From assembly GCA_040398075.1 (NCBI GenBank), contig JBBAUR010000006.1, positions 22,318 through 86,317 of the forward strand: a stretch of 64,000 nucleotides of DNA, read 5' to 3'. Positions 29,437 to 39,771 of this stretch are shown here, in pieces. The stretch comes from Bdellovibrionota bacterium (lineage in GTDB: Bacteria > Bdellovibrionota_C > UBA2361 > OMII01). The notes under the pieces were generated by a model, which was not told where the DNA came from, searched no databases, and worked only from the letters and a program-made list of their open reading frames with translations. The position numbers were made by a program, and so were the translations under genes. Every line of letters starts with the position of its first letter. The first letter of the stretch is position 1.

Positions 29437-30837
29437 TTATTTCTCCCTGCTAAATACAGTAGCCAAGTCAACCCCATTTCGGTATTGACGCGCCCACAAC
29501 TTGGTTGCTTCGCTGGCATCTCGAGAGTGCCGCACCATGTGTGCTCTAACCAGCGCGGCTCCCCGACGAGCATCGAGAGGCAACCTCAATATCAGATTAT
29601 CTGGAATTTCACGCTCGAATCCATAACGAGTCTCGAGAACTGCCACCGATCCGTTGAATTCGAGTGATTTTAACAAAGCGCCCTCGACAGGGGCAGACCA
29701 CTCACTTGGACATAGAACCAGATTGCTTGCAATCACCGCTTCCTTCAGGCCAGTGTTCCAGCTGAGCGGCCTCATCGTGACATTTGCCGAAATAGGTACC
29801 TCCGGCGCTTCACCTCGAACATGTGCAGCCTCGCTAGGGATCAGAAATCTGTACTCAGGCAACTCAGTCGCAAGCTCCAGCGCGTAGCGTATCCCTTTGG
29901 CCGCAATTGCGTGGCCGTGAAGGACGATGTCGAAACGCTCCGTTTCAGGGAGCCTCCGAGATCCTACCACATCGACTCCATTGAACTCATCTGTTCTCAT
30001 GCCAACCACCCTGCAGGTAATTCCACTTCCGAAATGGGTGGCTAGTAGTGCAGCTTGGTGATGCGTTTGGCATAAGAATTCGATGTTCAAAGCAGCAGAG
30101 CGTAACCAACTCAAAAACTCTAGGTTACCTTCTCGAGAAACGGGAATGGGAACGGGCTTACACGAGGGATGACATCTCGAGAGATCTCCCAAGCAATCGA
30201 AACATTCCCCTCGCTTTGACGCACGGTGATTGTAGGACTGAATGCAGAAGAAACCATTATCCAATACATACATGCTGATTTTATTTCCCGCGTTGTACAG
30301 CGACCTGAAGCACTCGTAACCCAGGGTCTGCGGATGAAGAATCACTATATGCGAATCGCGAATAGACGCGATTCGTGCCTGCTCTGCCTCTGAGAAAAAC
30401 CCTCCCGCTGGGAATATCGACCTGACTCCTGCTTCTTTCGCGAACGGCAAAAGAGCTGACAGAAACACACCGGTGCCACCACTGTGGGGAGGCATTCCAC
30501 ATACGAGATATTCCGAGTGACTCGGCAAATCTTCGAGGAGTGTTGGATTTTTTTGGTATTGAGTTCGAATCTCTGCCAGCAGAGACTGAGCTTCCGGTAG
30601 GCACTGAGGATTTAAGTGCTCTCTCTCCAAAGCCGGAATTACTCTGTCTAATTTTCCGAGCTTCAGTGCACACACAGCCGCAAGAAAATAGAGTCCGTTG
30701 ATAGGTGCCTCGACCTCGATGAGCCGATCCAAAAGCTCGAGGCACTCGCGATACCGTTGAGTTTGAAAATACTCAAGTGATTCCTTCAGGCATGCTTGAA
30801 GGTCGGGCGTACTCATCAATAGCGTGGAACTGGTCAT
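29437..30837 (-). CDS. TPR-repeat protein with a C-terminal Cys-containing domain (putative glycosyltransferase-like)
   Basis: N-terminal TPR-like helices (YRECLELLDRLIEV..GLYFLAAVCALKLGKLD). No confident family assignment for the C-terminal 300 aa. Confidence 0.5.
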   Translation of the reverse strand: MTSSTLLMSTPDLQACLKESLEYFQTQRYRECLELLDRLIEVEAPINGLYFLAAVCALKLGKLDRVIPALEREHLNPQCLPEAQSLLAEIRTQYQKNPTLLEDLPSHSEYLVCGMPPHSGGTGVFLSALLPFAKEAGVRSIFPAGGFFSEAEQARIASIRDSHIVILHPQTLGYECFRSLYNAGNKISMYVLDNGFFCIQSYNHRASKRGECFDCLGDLSRCHPSCKPVPIPVSREGNLEFLSWLRSAALNIEFLCQTHHQAALLATHFGSGITCRVVGMRTDEFNGVDVVGSRRLPETERFDIVLHGHAIAAKGIRYALELATELPEYRFLIPSEAAHVRGEAPEVPISANVTMRPLSWNTGLKEAVIASNLVLCPSEWSAPVEGALLKSLEFNGSVAVLETRYGFEREIPDNLILRLPLDARRGAALVRAHMVRHSRDASEATKLWARQYRNGVDLATVFSREK

Positions 30838-31195
30838 GAGTGGTGTCTCAAGAAATCAGGGTACCTGCTGTATAAGATGAGAAGCGTGAAGGTATCGTAG
30901 CCTGTAGACGCGAGACAGGTTGGTGCGACCCCTTAATCGTTCCTAACTTCAATAGCTTACCGCCAATCATGAGTATCATAATTCCTGAATCGCCGCGCGC
31001 CGAAGCGCCTTCAGTGCTAGACAAAATGTGCTCGATGAGCCTACCCGCCTGAACGTAGCGAGGCAAGGCTGCAGAGACCACCTCGAGATAGAACCGTTTC
31101 AGGAAACCATGGTCGGTTTGACTGCATCATAAGCCCCATGAAGGCTGGTACCGCCTAGGCTCACACTATTTCGAGCACTTAATATTTGAGCACCC

Positions 31196-31723
31196 ATGTT
31201 CAAGAATTTCACTACCATGATTCTCGACGTCGATGGAGTGATGACGGACGGGAAATTCTATTACAACTCGACTGGCAAGGCTTTCAAAGCATTCGGACCA
31301 GATGACCACGATGCGCTATCTCTACTCAAGCCATATCTGCACATTCACTTTGTAACCGGCGATCATCGAGGGTTTGAGATCAGCGCGTCGAGAATCGTGC
31401 ACGACATGAATATGCCGCTCGATCTGGTTAGTACTGTAAAACGAATCGATTGGATTCGTGAGCGTTGGGATCCCAAAAGTGTGATCTATATCGGTGACGG
31501 GATCTTCGATCATTACGTGTTCCGTGAGGTCGGGTACTCTATCGCACCAGCTAATGCAGATCCCTTTGCAAAAGAAGTTGCTAACTATGTCACTCGTCGT
31601 TCTGGAGGTGACCGAGCGGTAGCAGAAGCTGCTCTCCATATCTTAGAGAAGTTTTATTCACCCTACGATCGAGCCCAATTGCCCGGGAGCGATGTGGCAC
31701 TCAGCGGCAAGTGGTCCGTGTAA
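31196..31723 (+). CDS. KdsC-family HAD phosphatase (3-deoxy-ulosonate/nonulosonate phosphate phosphatase-like)
   Basis: HAD motif I ILDVDGVMTDG and KdsC/YrbI-like length (175 aa), with the IGDGIFD motif. Confidence 0.75.
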   Translation: MFKNFTTMILDVDGVMTDGKFYYNSTGKAFKAFGPDDHDALSLLKPYLHIHFVTGDHRGFEISASRIVHDMNMPLDLVSTVKRIDWIRERWDPKSVIYIGDGIFDHYVFREVGYSIAPANADPFAKEVANYVTRRSGGDRAVAEAALHILEKFYSPYDRAQLPGSDVALSGKWSV

Positions 31724-31731
31724 GGAGAGAG

Positions 31732-33066
31732 ATGGCAATGTCAAATACTAGGTTTATCTTCGCGCAAGAGAGAAGCGTAATTGATTTACGCGAGTATATA
31801 AGAGATGCAGCTCATCCGATTCTTTGCCTTGGACCGATGTCCGTCAACTGTGTCGAGTCCGTAATTCGTGTTGCCAACCGCCTCAAGCGACCCATTCCGC
31901 TGATTGCGAGCCGCCGCCAAATAGACTGTGAGGCATTTGGTGGAGGATACGTGAATCGGTGGAACACTCGCAGCTTTGCACAGTACGTTCACGCGCGGGA
32001 CCTTGGGTACGTGCCCTTGTGCCGGGATCACGGTGGTCCTTGGCAGGGTAACGGCGAAGCAGATCTGGACGATAAGTCGGCCATGGAGCGTGCCAAGGAG
32101 TCGATGCTCGAGGATATCACATGCGGCTTTGATCTCATTCACATCGACCCATCCTTACGAGGGGGATCGCCAGCTAGTGTCGAGACAGTTGAAAAGATAT
32201 GCGAGCTGTACTCGTTCGTCGTCGAGACCGCAGCACGACTCGGTCGACGCATTGAGATCGAGATAGGCGCCGAACAACAATCAGGACATTTTTCAGAGCC
32301 GGAGGAGCTCGTTTCTCTCTTAAAGCAAATAACCAAGTTCTGTCAGCAACGGGGATTCCAGAAGCCTCTGTTTTGCGTGGTACAGACTGGTACGCTCGTC
32401 AAGGAGATGCGAAACGTAGGCCTTACCGAGGGACGTAAGAACGAAAGTTACGATCAGAAATACGCAGTTGAGAACATAGGGCGTGGAATTAAGTATCTCT
32501 CGGATATCGCTTATATAAATGGGGTCTACATCAAAGAACACAACGGTGACTATTTGAGCGACGGATCGATGGCGTTCAGGACACAGCTTCAAGTCGGGGG
32601 CATCAATATTGCGCCTGAGTTGGGTGTCTTTGAGTCAAAGTGCCTGGTATCCCTCTGTCTCGAGCTGGGCCTTGATTCGCTGCTTCAAGAGATGCTGACG
32701 ATTTTTCACAGCACACGAAAATGGGAGAAATGGCTGAGCGAGAACTCCGTGGCGACGGATCTCGATAAGGCCATCATCGCTGGCCACTATGCATTTTCGA
32801 CACCTGCATTCCTCGAGGTAAAAGAGAAGCTGGCGCATATCGTGCGGGAGAAGGAGAATATCGACCTGGACGAGTATCTCATCGGTCGGTTGTCATCGCT
32901 TGTAACTAGGCTGCTCTGGAACGCCGGTTACTATCAGTCGGTCGGGGAAGAGCTCAGCAAAATTATGGGGGAAACTTTACAACCATGTCAGTCATCGATG
33001 AGTATTTCGACGCCTTCGCTAGACGAGACCTGCCAGGTATCAGTGAGCTCCTCACAGAAGATGTGA
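31732..33066 (+). CDS. GatZ/KbaZ-family protein (tagatose-bisphosphate aldolase non-catalytic subunit / sugar-phosphate 4-epimerase-like)
   Basis: Aligns with GatZ: HPILCLGPMSVNCVESVI...PLIASRRQID...GGYV..W...LCRDHGGPWQ. Start set at the ATG preceded by SD aaggagag. Confidence 0.6.
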   Translation: MAMSNTRFIFAQERSVIDLREYIRDAAHPILCLGPMSVNCVESVIRVANRLKRPIPLIASRRQIDCEAFGGGYVNRWNTRSFAQYVHARDLGYVPLCRDHGGPWQGNGEADLDDKSAMERAKESMLEDITCGFDLIHIDPSLRGGSPASVETVEKICELYSFVVETAARLGRRIEIEIGAEQQSGHFSEPEELVSLLKQITKFCQQRGFQKPLFCVVQTGTLVKEMRNVGLTEGRKNESYDQKYAVENIGRGIKYLSDIAYINGVYIKEHNGDYLSDGSMAFRTQLQVGGINIAPELGVFESKCLVSLCLELGLDSLLQEMLTIFHSTRKWEKWLSENSVATDLDKAIIAGHYAFSTPAFLEVKEKLAHIVREKENIDLDEYLIGRLSSLVTRLLWNAGYYQSVGEELSKIMGETLQPCQSSMSISTPSLDETCQVSVSSSQKM

Positions 33067-33332
33067 CCCTCCAAGACCCAAATGTCGCGTTGGTCTCGGG
33101 GAAAGAGGCGGTTCTTGTTGAATATCAGAAGATATTCTCCTCGTTTCGGTCTATCCTCTGCGAGCTAAGGCGTCGATACATATTTGGCGACGAGTATGCC
33201 GTGGAATTCTCACTACGACTCGAAGCTCTATCGGGTGAACTTGTACGAGTGGATGGCATTGATTGCATAACTCTGTGTGACGGCCGCATCAAGGGTCTAC
33301 GCGCCTACCTGGATGTGAATCCAAAAAACTAA
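32985..33332 (+). CDS. NTF2-like / SnoaL-like small protein
   Basis: 115 aa; MSVIDEYFDAFARRDLPGISELLTEDVTLQDP pattern typical of SnoaL/ketosteroid-isomerase-like domains. Confidence 0.55.
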   Translation: MSVIDEYFDAFARRDLPGISELLTEDVTLQDPNVALVSGKEAVLVEYQKIFSSFRSILCELRRRYIFGDEYAVEFSLRLEALSGELVRVDGIDCITLCDGRIKGLRAYLDVNPKN

Positions 33333-33342
33333 TGTATAGGAC

Positions 33343-34110
33343 ATGAGTATGATAGGTCAATCTTTTGGTGGAAACGAAGTTACTCGAGTAAATCTTGCCT
33401 CTGATAAGTTCTGTGAATTTGCCGCCTCACCCTACGTATATCGGTACTACCGGTTGGAAGCGGAGGGATCCTTGGTTATCGACGGGCTGTCGTCGTTTAC
33501 GATCTTTTGTATGCCTGCTGCCGAGCCGTCCCGAGTCGTGGTCGACGAAGATACTCTCTTGTATCCAGGGGACGTCGCACAAGTCCAGGGCCGGAGCGCA
33601 AGTTTGAAGGCACACCATGCAGCAGCCATTTTAGTAGCAGGATTGTCTGGTCCGTCAGAGGAAGCTGGCGGTGTCGTTACCGTCACGAGAGCAGACAAAG
33701 TAAAGAAAGTTGTCAAGCCATGGGGGCATGAGCTTTGGATAGCCGGCGAGCATAGTGGATACGCCTTGAAGCAGATAGCGATATCAGCCCCGCATAAGAC
33801 GAGCTTGCAGTACCATCATTTTAAGTCTGAGACTAACGTCCTCTTCAGCGGACGCGCAAAGCTACACTACAAGGCGAGCGACACTGATAACAGTAGGCTC
33901 ACTCAAGCCGATATCTCGTCAGTAGAGCTTTCGATTGGCTCGGTGATCAACGTGCAGCCTCCTGTTATTCACCGGATAGAGGCAGTTACCGATCTGATGC
34001 TTTACGAAGTATCCACTCCCCATCTCGACGACGTCGTCCGAGTTCAGGATGATGCGAATCGACCTGACGGTCGGATAGAGGCTGAGCACCAGGGACAGCC
34101 ATGTACGTAG
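33343..34110 (+). CDS. Cupin-domain protein (mannose-6-phosphate isomerase type II-like cupin)
   Basis: KPWGHELWIA motif characteristic of type-II PMI / ManC C-terminal cupins. Confidence 0.6.
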   Translation: MSMIGQSFGGNEVTRVNLASDKFCEFAASPYVYRYYRLEAEGSLVIDGLSSFTIFCMPAAEPSRVVVDEDTLLYPGDVAQVQGRSASLKAHHAAAILVAGLSGPSEEAGGVVTVTRADKVKKVVKPWGHELWIAGEHSGYALKQIAISAPHKTSLQYHHFKSETNVLFSGRAKLHYKASDTDNSRLTQADISSVELSIGSVINVQPPVIHRIEAVTDLMLYEVSTPHLDDVVRVQDDANRPDGRIEAEHQGQPCT

Positions 34111-35726
34111 AAGATCTTCCGACTATTTGCATCCTCGCTGCGGGACGCGGCTCCCGCCTTGGAGAGGTTTCAGACCACCTCAATAAAGCGCTTCTGCCAC
34201 TAGGCAAGAAGGCGATTATTTCTAGGATACTGGAGAAGTTTCCTACGAGGTGCAGCTTCGTCGTGGCGCTTGGTTACAGAGGGGAACAGGTCAAGACATA
34301 CCTTTCGATGGCGCATCCGGACCTGAATATAACCTATGTCGATATACCGAACTGGCAAGGCCCGGGGAGTGGTCCTGGGCTCTCCTTGCTTTGCTGTAAA
34401 CCTGCTATTCCTGGACGCTTTATCTTCGTGGCCTGTGACACTTTGTGGGACGGAGATATCGACCTCGAGAGTCACAACGATTGGTTTGGCGTCGCCACTG
34501 TTTCAGCAGAGGAGTCGAGTCGGTACTGTAATTTCGAGGTATCTGCCGGTCGAATCTCTGCCGTCCACGACAAAGTTTCGGTAAGTGGCCCACAGTACAA
34601 AGCATTCGTAGGACTGTGCCATGTGTTCAATACAAAGACATTCTGGAGCGCGCTCGAGTCAACCTCTCTGATAAAGGGAGAGCATCAGATATCGAATGGG
34701 GTGAGCGAACTAGTAGCCCGTCACGGGCCTCACGCGGTTCCAGTCGAGTGGTATGATACCGGGACGGCCGAACAATTCGCTACGCTAGCGGCCCACTACG
34801 AACAGTTCGATTTCAGTAAGCCAGAGGAGGCAATTTACATCGTCGGCAGCCGGGTAATTAAGTACTTCTCCAAGCCCGAAATAGCCGAACATCGGGCGAA
34901 GCGAGCGCAGTCGCGACCGGGCGTTTTCCCGGAGATTGCCCAGTGCACGAACGGCTTCTACTGGTACCCTTTGCAGCCTGGACATACCTTGTACCAGGGC
35001 TGTTCGCCTCACTTGTTCACAGGGTTACTTGCGTTCCTCGATCGGGAGCTTTGGCAACCAGTACATGTGCCAGTAGACGAGCTGCGGGCCGTATGTCGTA
35101 AATTTTACGTCGATAAGACAGTAGAGAGATTGGCTCTCTACGAGAAAAAGCATCCCGCAGCGGGGAAGACCATGCGGGTCAACGGGGCCGACCTGCCAGC
35201 TATCTCTGATCTCATGTCTCGTATTCCGTGGGATGACCTGCTTGATGCTGAACCGGTCGTATTTCACGGCGATCTGCAGTTCGACAATATTCTGTTCGAC
35301 CCAAAAAGTGGTGTATTTACACTCCTCGATTGGAGGCAGGATTTTGGGGGTCGTACAGACTTTGGCGACCTGTACTACGACTTAGCCAAGCTCAATGGAG
35401 GGCTACTGCTGAATTACGACCTGATCAAGGACAATCACTTCCGCGTGACACACGAGGGTAATGGAGTCTTCTTGGATTTCGCCCGACGGTCGTCCGGGGA
35501 CACATACAAGGAGATTCTTCGCTCTTTCGTGGATACAAAGGGGCTCGATTGGAATCGAGTGGAGCTCATGACTGCTCTCATTTATCTTAATATGTCCCCC
35601 CTTCACGCAGCACCGTTCGATGAACTATTGTACGCTCTGGGCAGGCGAATGCTGTGCCAGGTACTCTACGCACGTGATTACGAAATCGACTCAACTTTAT
35701 ATCTCGGTCTCTCGAAGTCCAACTAA
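34101..35726 (+). CDS. Bifunctional sugar-phosphate nucleotidyltransferase (N-terminal) / APH-like phosphotransferase (C-terminal)
   Basis: N-terminus ICILAAGRGSRLG (sugar-1-P nucleotidyltransferase G-loop). C-terminus HGDLQFDNILFD...DW (APH/choline-kinase Brenner motif). Architecture resembles a LicC-LicA or MurU-AmgK fusion. Confidence 0.75.
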   Translation: MYVEDLPTICILAAGRGSRLGEVSDHLNKALLPLGKKAIISRILEKFPTRCSFVVALGYRGEQVKTYLSMAHPDLNITYVDIPNWQGPGSGPGLSLLCCKPAIPGRFIFVACDTLWDGDIDLESHNDWFGVATVSAEESSRYCNFEVSAGRISAVHDKVSVSGPQYKAFVGLCHVFNTKTFWSALESTSLIKGEHQISNGVSELVARHGPHAVPVEWYDTGTAEQFATLAAHYEQFDFSKPEEAIYIVGSRVIKYFSKPEIAEHRAKRAQSRPGVFPEIAQCTNGFYWYPLQPGHTLYQGCSPHLFTGLLAFLDRELWQPVHVPVDELRAVCRKFYVDKTVERLALYEKKHPAAGKTMRVNGADLPAISDLMSRIPWDDLLDAEPVVFHGDLQFDNILFDPKSGVFTLLDWRQDFGGRTDFGDLYYDLAKLNGGLLLNYDLIKDNHFRVTHEGNGVFLDFARRSSGDTYKEILRSFVDTKGLDWNRVELMTALIYLNMSPLHAAPFDELLYALGRRMLCQVLYARDYEIDSTLYLGLSKSN

Positions 35727-36471
35727 CTTCGGCACCACCGTTTATTCTCATCTTTTCTCGCATTATGGGATCGATGCGATCTACGTTCCACGTGTTGCTC
35801 CTCGCTCGGCGGGCGAACTGATCGCTGCCGTGCGAACTCTGGATGTGCAGGGCTGTAGTGTGTCGATGCCCCTGAAGGGAGATGTCTTGCCGTATCTCGA
35901 TTGGGCTGAGCCTCTCGCTGAAGAGACAGAGATGGTGAACACCATCATTCATCGAAATGGAGCGCTACACGGATATAACTGCGATGCAGCTGGTATGGCT
36001 GACTGCCTTGATGGCCTTCAGCTTGGTTCCGCCCTGATATACGGCTACGGTGCCATCTTCCGCACCGCTGTACATGTCCTCAGAAAGCACGGAGTGTCTC
36101 ATATAACAGGCATAGGAAGGGACCAACAAAAGGCACGGGCTGCTTGTGAGGAGGCCGGAATACTCTTCGGCGGGAGCTGTCGTGACGTGGCTTCCACTGG
36201 CAAGACCTTCGATATCTTGATAAACGCTACGCCTGGGGGCGCGGAGCCTACGCATGAATTGCTCCAGATCGTTCCGTTCGCTCTAAGGGTTTTCGATGTA
36301 GTGCTTTGCAAACATACTACACCACTGGTAGAGGCTGCCGTGTCGGCCGGGAAGCAGGTCACAACAGGCCAGAATATGTACATTGGTCAGCTGGCTCGTC
36401 AATTTTTTCTCTATACCGATATCTCTCCCGATCAAAGCGTAATCCTCGAGGCCGTCAGCAAGGTGCTCTGA
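35674..36471 (+). CDS. Shikimate/quinate dehydrogenase-like (AroE family) oxidoreductase
   Basis: SVSRSPTNFGTTVYSHLFSHYGID...NTI....GYNCDAAG...NATPGG parallels AroE motifs. Probable GTG start at 35674; the track ORF starts at 35620, overlapping the upstream gene. Confidence 0.6.
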   Translation: MITKSTQLYISVSRSPTNFGTTVYSHLFSHYGIDAIYVPRVAPRSAGELIAAVRTLDVQGCSVSMPLKGDVLPYLDWAEPLAEETEMVNTIIHRNGALHGYNCDAAGMADCLDGLQLGSALIYGYGAIFRTAVHVLRKHGVSHITGIGRDQQKARAACEEAGILFGGSCRDVASTGKTFDILINATPGGAEPTHELLQIVPFALRVFDVVLCKHTTPLVEAAVSAGKQVTTGQNMYIGQLARQFFLYTDISPDQSVILEAVSKVL

Positions 36472-36628
36472 AATCACCTGAGGGACGGAATTTCACAGGA
36501 GAGGGGAGCGAGGCATAGGCAAGGTCTCTTGTGGATGATTATCCCCCGTCGCTCTGGACTTTCTGCATGAGCTCACCGCTTTGAGTAGGTCGCGCTATGA
36601 TGTTGGGCGGACTACCTAATCGAGCCCC

Positions 36629-38521
36629 TCAGACACCGATCTTTTTGTTGTTGTGTTCGAAGATCGGGCTGGACGGCACTCCAAAGGCTGGGAGCGGGGG
36701 AGAAACGAACAAAATCGACCTGTGCTCTGTACACAGCACATGGCGAGCGCCTTGCAAAACCAATCGATCTGCGAGCTCAAAGCATCCGCCTTTGACGCCC
36801 GCTCTCTCGTCCGACTCGTCGAACCCGTCTCCACTCAAAGCATCATCGAAGCTAAATGAGAAGCATATGCGATTAGGTAGAGGAAGAATTTGGATAGGTT
36901 CAATCGAACCTTGGGCGTTCACCGGACCCTGTACCTCCCAGGTGCTATGCTCGACTACCACCGAGTGCGGCTGCTCTGAGCCGGAGCTTACGAACTCTGC
37001 AGCAGCAAATTCAAGTAACGATCTGTTGAGTCGAGGAAGCCTATAAGCCAATTCACAAACCGTGACGATCTCTCCCCTGCATTCAGCGAGCGCAACGTTC
37101 AGCGCCGCCCCCTTGTGGAGATTGTCGTGAAAATGACAGGCAATCCAGGCGTCTAAATATTGTGCACGCTCTCTCAGGGCCGCCGGCGGCGTATTGTTCC
37201 AGAGCGAAAGCCAAATAACCTCTATCTCCTTATCGTTACTCACGGACTCAAAAAACGGCTTGAGTGTTTCGAAGCTGCCGTCTTCATAGTCCACGAGTAT
37301 GATTGAATGGCGAGGTCTTGCCTTCTGCAGGTTGAGCTTATAGTACCGAACCTCGCGTAACCAATTCGAGGTTGAGCGTTGTCCCTGGAGGTCAAATGGT
37401 ATGTGTATCCCCGAGCTTGTAGCTGTCCTCATGAACGCCGCAGGAACTACCTTGGTTAGGTCACCGGAGAAGGTTTGCGCGCCGTCAAGGATCATGCTTC
37501 TCATCATTCGATTGTGATGCAGTAGGACTTCATTTTCGTCGACAGATGCGGGCGCCTCGATTCGACTGATTCGCTTTCTCCAAAAGAGCGGCAGCTCATC
37601 GAGAGCACAGCGATAATCAGCGCCGCTCGGACTCGTGCATGCAAAGGCGGGATTCAGCGGGTTTACGTTCGTAAACCCTGGCATCCGAGCATCAGAAAGG
37701 TAATTTATCCTTATATCTCCTTCGAAGAATCCGTCGGGAATCCTGAGCGGCGGACATGTCCGAATATCTAATCCTTGATGAGAGTATGCATCGTAATGAC
37801 GGAGCAGCTCACGTTTGGGCCACAACATGGCCATCTCGGGTGATGGAATACCATCCGCTCTGAAATGTAATTGAGTGCCGAGGTTGCGCTTCAGCCAGAA
37901 GTCCTCGAGCACGGGCATACTCATCACTAACAAACTTCCCGATTCGCGCATTGCGAGCACGGCGTACTCGTCCGTATCCTCGAGAAGAGGCTGGCCTGGT
38001 TGATTGAGTTGAGAGAGGTAGACTTGTCCGAAAATCTGGCTCCAATGCGAGAACAATAAGCTCGCATATCCGTATCTTCTCGATAGCTCCCGAAGCTTGG
38101 ATAGGAGCCTCTCGAGATAGTCGATATCCTTGTCGACAAACACGTGATCGTCATTGCCGAGATACCAAACGAGCTCATCAGCAGAATTCTCAGCCTTGAT
38201 CATTTCTACCGACTCTCTCCACTGCGGTAAAAACTCATTGCGACCCCTCCTGATATAGGCGGCCGGAAACAGAGACCGGATGTAGTCATCCATTTCGTCG
38301 TAGCGTGATTCGTATTCCGAATCCAACCGATAATATATGTAGACGCGAGAGAACGGGATCACTTCCAGACTGGCGAGCATGTACCGGAATACATCGAACC
38401 GGGTATCAGGAGGGGGAAAGAGTCCTCGATCATAGAATACTCCGAGGCGCGCCTCCGTAACGAAGACATTAACAAAAAGAATCATAGATGTGCCCGATGT
38501 TTCGTACCCGATTAAGAACAA
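36629..38521 (-). CDS. Large putative glycosyltransferase (630 aa, GT-A-like with a DxD-type motif)
   Basis: GNDDHVFVDKD DxD-like motif. Position within the glycan operon. No confident family assignment. Confidence 0.5.
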   Translation of the reverse strand: MFLIGYETSGTSMILFVNVFVTEARLGVFYDRGLFPPPDTRFDVFRYMLASLEVIPFSRVYIYYRLDSEYESRYDEMDDYIRSLFPAAYIRRGRNEFLPQWRESVEMIKAENSADELVWYLGNDDHVFVDKDIDYLERLLSKLRELSRRYGYASLLFSHWSQIFGQVYLSQLNQPGQPLLEDTDEYAVLAMRESGSLLVMSMPVLEDFWLKRNLGTQLHFRADGIPSPEMAMLWPKRELLRHYDAYSHQGLDIRTCPPLRIPDGFFEGDIRINYLSDARMPGFTNVNPLNPAFACTSPSGADYRCALDELPLFWRKRISRIEAPASVDENEVLLHHNRMMRSMILDGAQTFSGDLTKVVPAAFMRTATSSGIHIPFDLQGQRSTSNWLREVRYYKLNLQKARPRHSIILVDYEDGSFETLKPFFESVSNDKEIEVIWLSLWNNTPPAALRERAQYLDAWIACHFHDNLHKGAALNVALAECRGEIVTVCELAYRLPRLNRSLLEFAAAEFVSSGSEQPHSVVVEHSTWEVQGPVNAQGSIEPIQILPLPNRICFSFSFDDALSGDGFDESDERAGVKGGCFELADRLVLQGARHVLCTEHRSILFVSPPLPAFGVPSSPIFEHNNKKIGV

Positions 38522-38640
38522 GAATAGTCAGAATGCTATATCACCGAGCGTAACTGATCCTGAACTCTTGGACACCAGTAAAAACCGTCAATAAAGCTGT
38601 TATTGAACAGGTCGGGCGACAAGTCTCACGCTGGTCCACT

Positions 38641-39759
38641 CTAGCGCAGCGCTTCCCGTACTGCTTCGATTATCCGATCCTGATCAGCTATCGAAAGATA
38701 AGGATGCATGGGAAGACTGACAACCTCCCCAGAGAGCTGCTCGCTACAAGGAAGCTCGCCTCGTTTGTAGCCGAGGTGTGCGTATGCCTCCTGTAGGTGA
38801 AGAGGCTTGGCATAATACACAACGGCCGGAATATCTTTCGTCTTTAGGTGACTCAGCACCGCATCTCGGTCAGAAATTCGAAGGGTGTATTGGGCCCAAA
38901 CGCTGAGATGGGTATCCGGGACCGAGGGAGTTATCGCTACATCGGCCAGCCCGTCTGTATATCGCCGCGCTACATGTTGCCGTTTTTCTACTTCGTCGTC
39001 GAAGATACTCAATTTTTCCAGCAAAACAGCCGCCTGAAGTGTATCGAGCCGCCCGTTCATACCGATGCGGACATTCCGATACTTATCTACTCCCTGTCCG
39101 TGGACCCGAATCGAGCGCATGACATCCGCTAATTCTCTGCTTTCGCAAAAGATAGCTCCCCCGTCTCCATAACATCCAAGAGGCTTTGCTGGGAAAAAGG
39201 AGGTGGCACTGATTGGGGCGAGATTACAACTGCGACGACCTTTGAATGTGGCTCCGAACGATTGAGCCGCATCCTCAATCACGAAGAGCCCATAGCGCTC
39301 CGCGAAATTGAGCAGTTCATCGAAGTCCGGACATAGTCCGAAAAGGCTCACAGGGATCATCCCCTTTATTGTCATGCCTGGATATCGGCACTTTGCATCT
39401 GTGAGTGCCGCCTCGAGTGTTGCAACGCTCACCACGAAGGTCTGCGGATCGACATCCACGAAGATGGGAGTGGCCCCGACAAGCGAAACCACCTCTGCAG
39501 TGGCGAAAAAAGTGAATGCTGGCACTAGCACTCCATCCCCAGGGCCTACTCCGAGTGCCATCAGTGGTATCAGGAGAGCATCTGTACCATTCGAGCACGT
39601 GAGGCACTCTCGGGAACCCGTGTAATCCCGGAGCTGAGTCTCCAGTTCTTCGATCTCCGGGCCCATGATGTAAGTGCCTGAATCGAGGATCTTCTTGAAG
39701 CGAGCATCGATCCTGTCTCGTATCCGTAGCTGCTGACTTTTAAGATCGATAAAATCCAT
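38641..39759 (-). CDS. DegT/DnrJ/EryC1/StrS-family sugar aminotransferase (PLP-dependent)
   Basis: Full-length match, including CSNGTDALLIPLMALGVGPGDGVLVP..FTFFAT and the C-terminal region. Confidence 0.9.
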   Translation of the reverse strand: MDFIDLKSQQLRIRDRIDARFKKILDSGTYIMGPEIEELETQLRDYTGSRECLTCSNGTDALLIPLMALGVGPGDGVLVPAFTFFATAEVVSLVGATPIFVDVDPQTFVVSVATLEAALTDAKCRYPGMTIKGMIPVSLFGLCPDFDELLNFAERYGLFVIEDAAQSFGATFKGRRSCNLAPISATSFFPAKPLGCYGDGGAIFCESRELADVMRSIRVHGQGVDKYRNVRIGMNGRLDTLQAAVLLEKLSIFDDEVEKRQHVARRYTDGLADVAITPSVPDTHLSVWAQYTLRISDRDAVLSHLKTKDIPAVVYYAKPLHLQEAYAHLGYKRGELPCSEQLSGEVVSLPMHPYLSIADQDRIIEAVREALR

Positions 39760-39771
39760 CTGAACAGTCCA

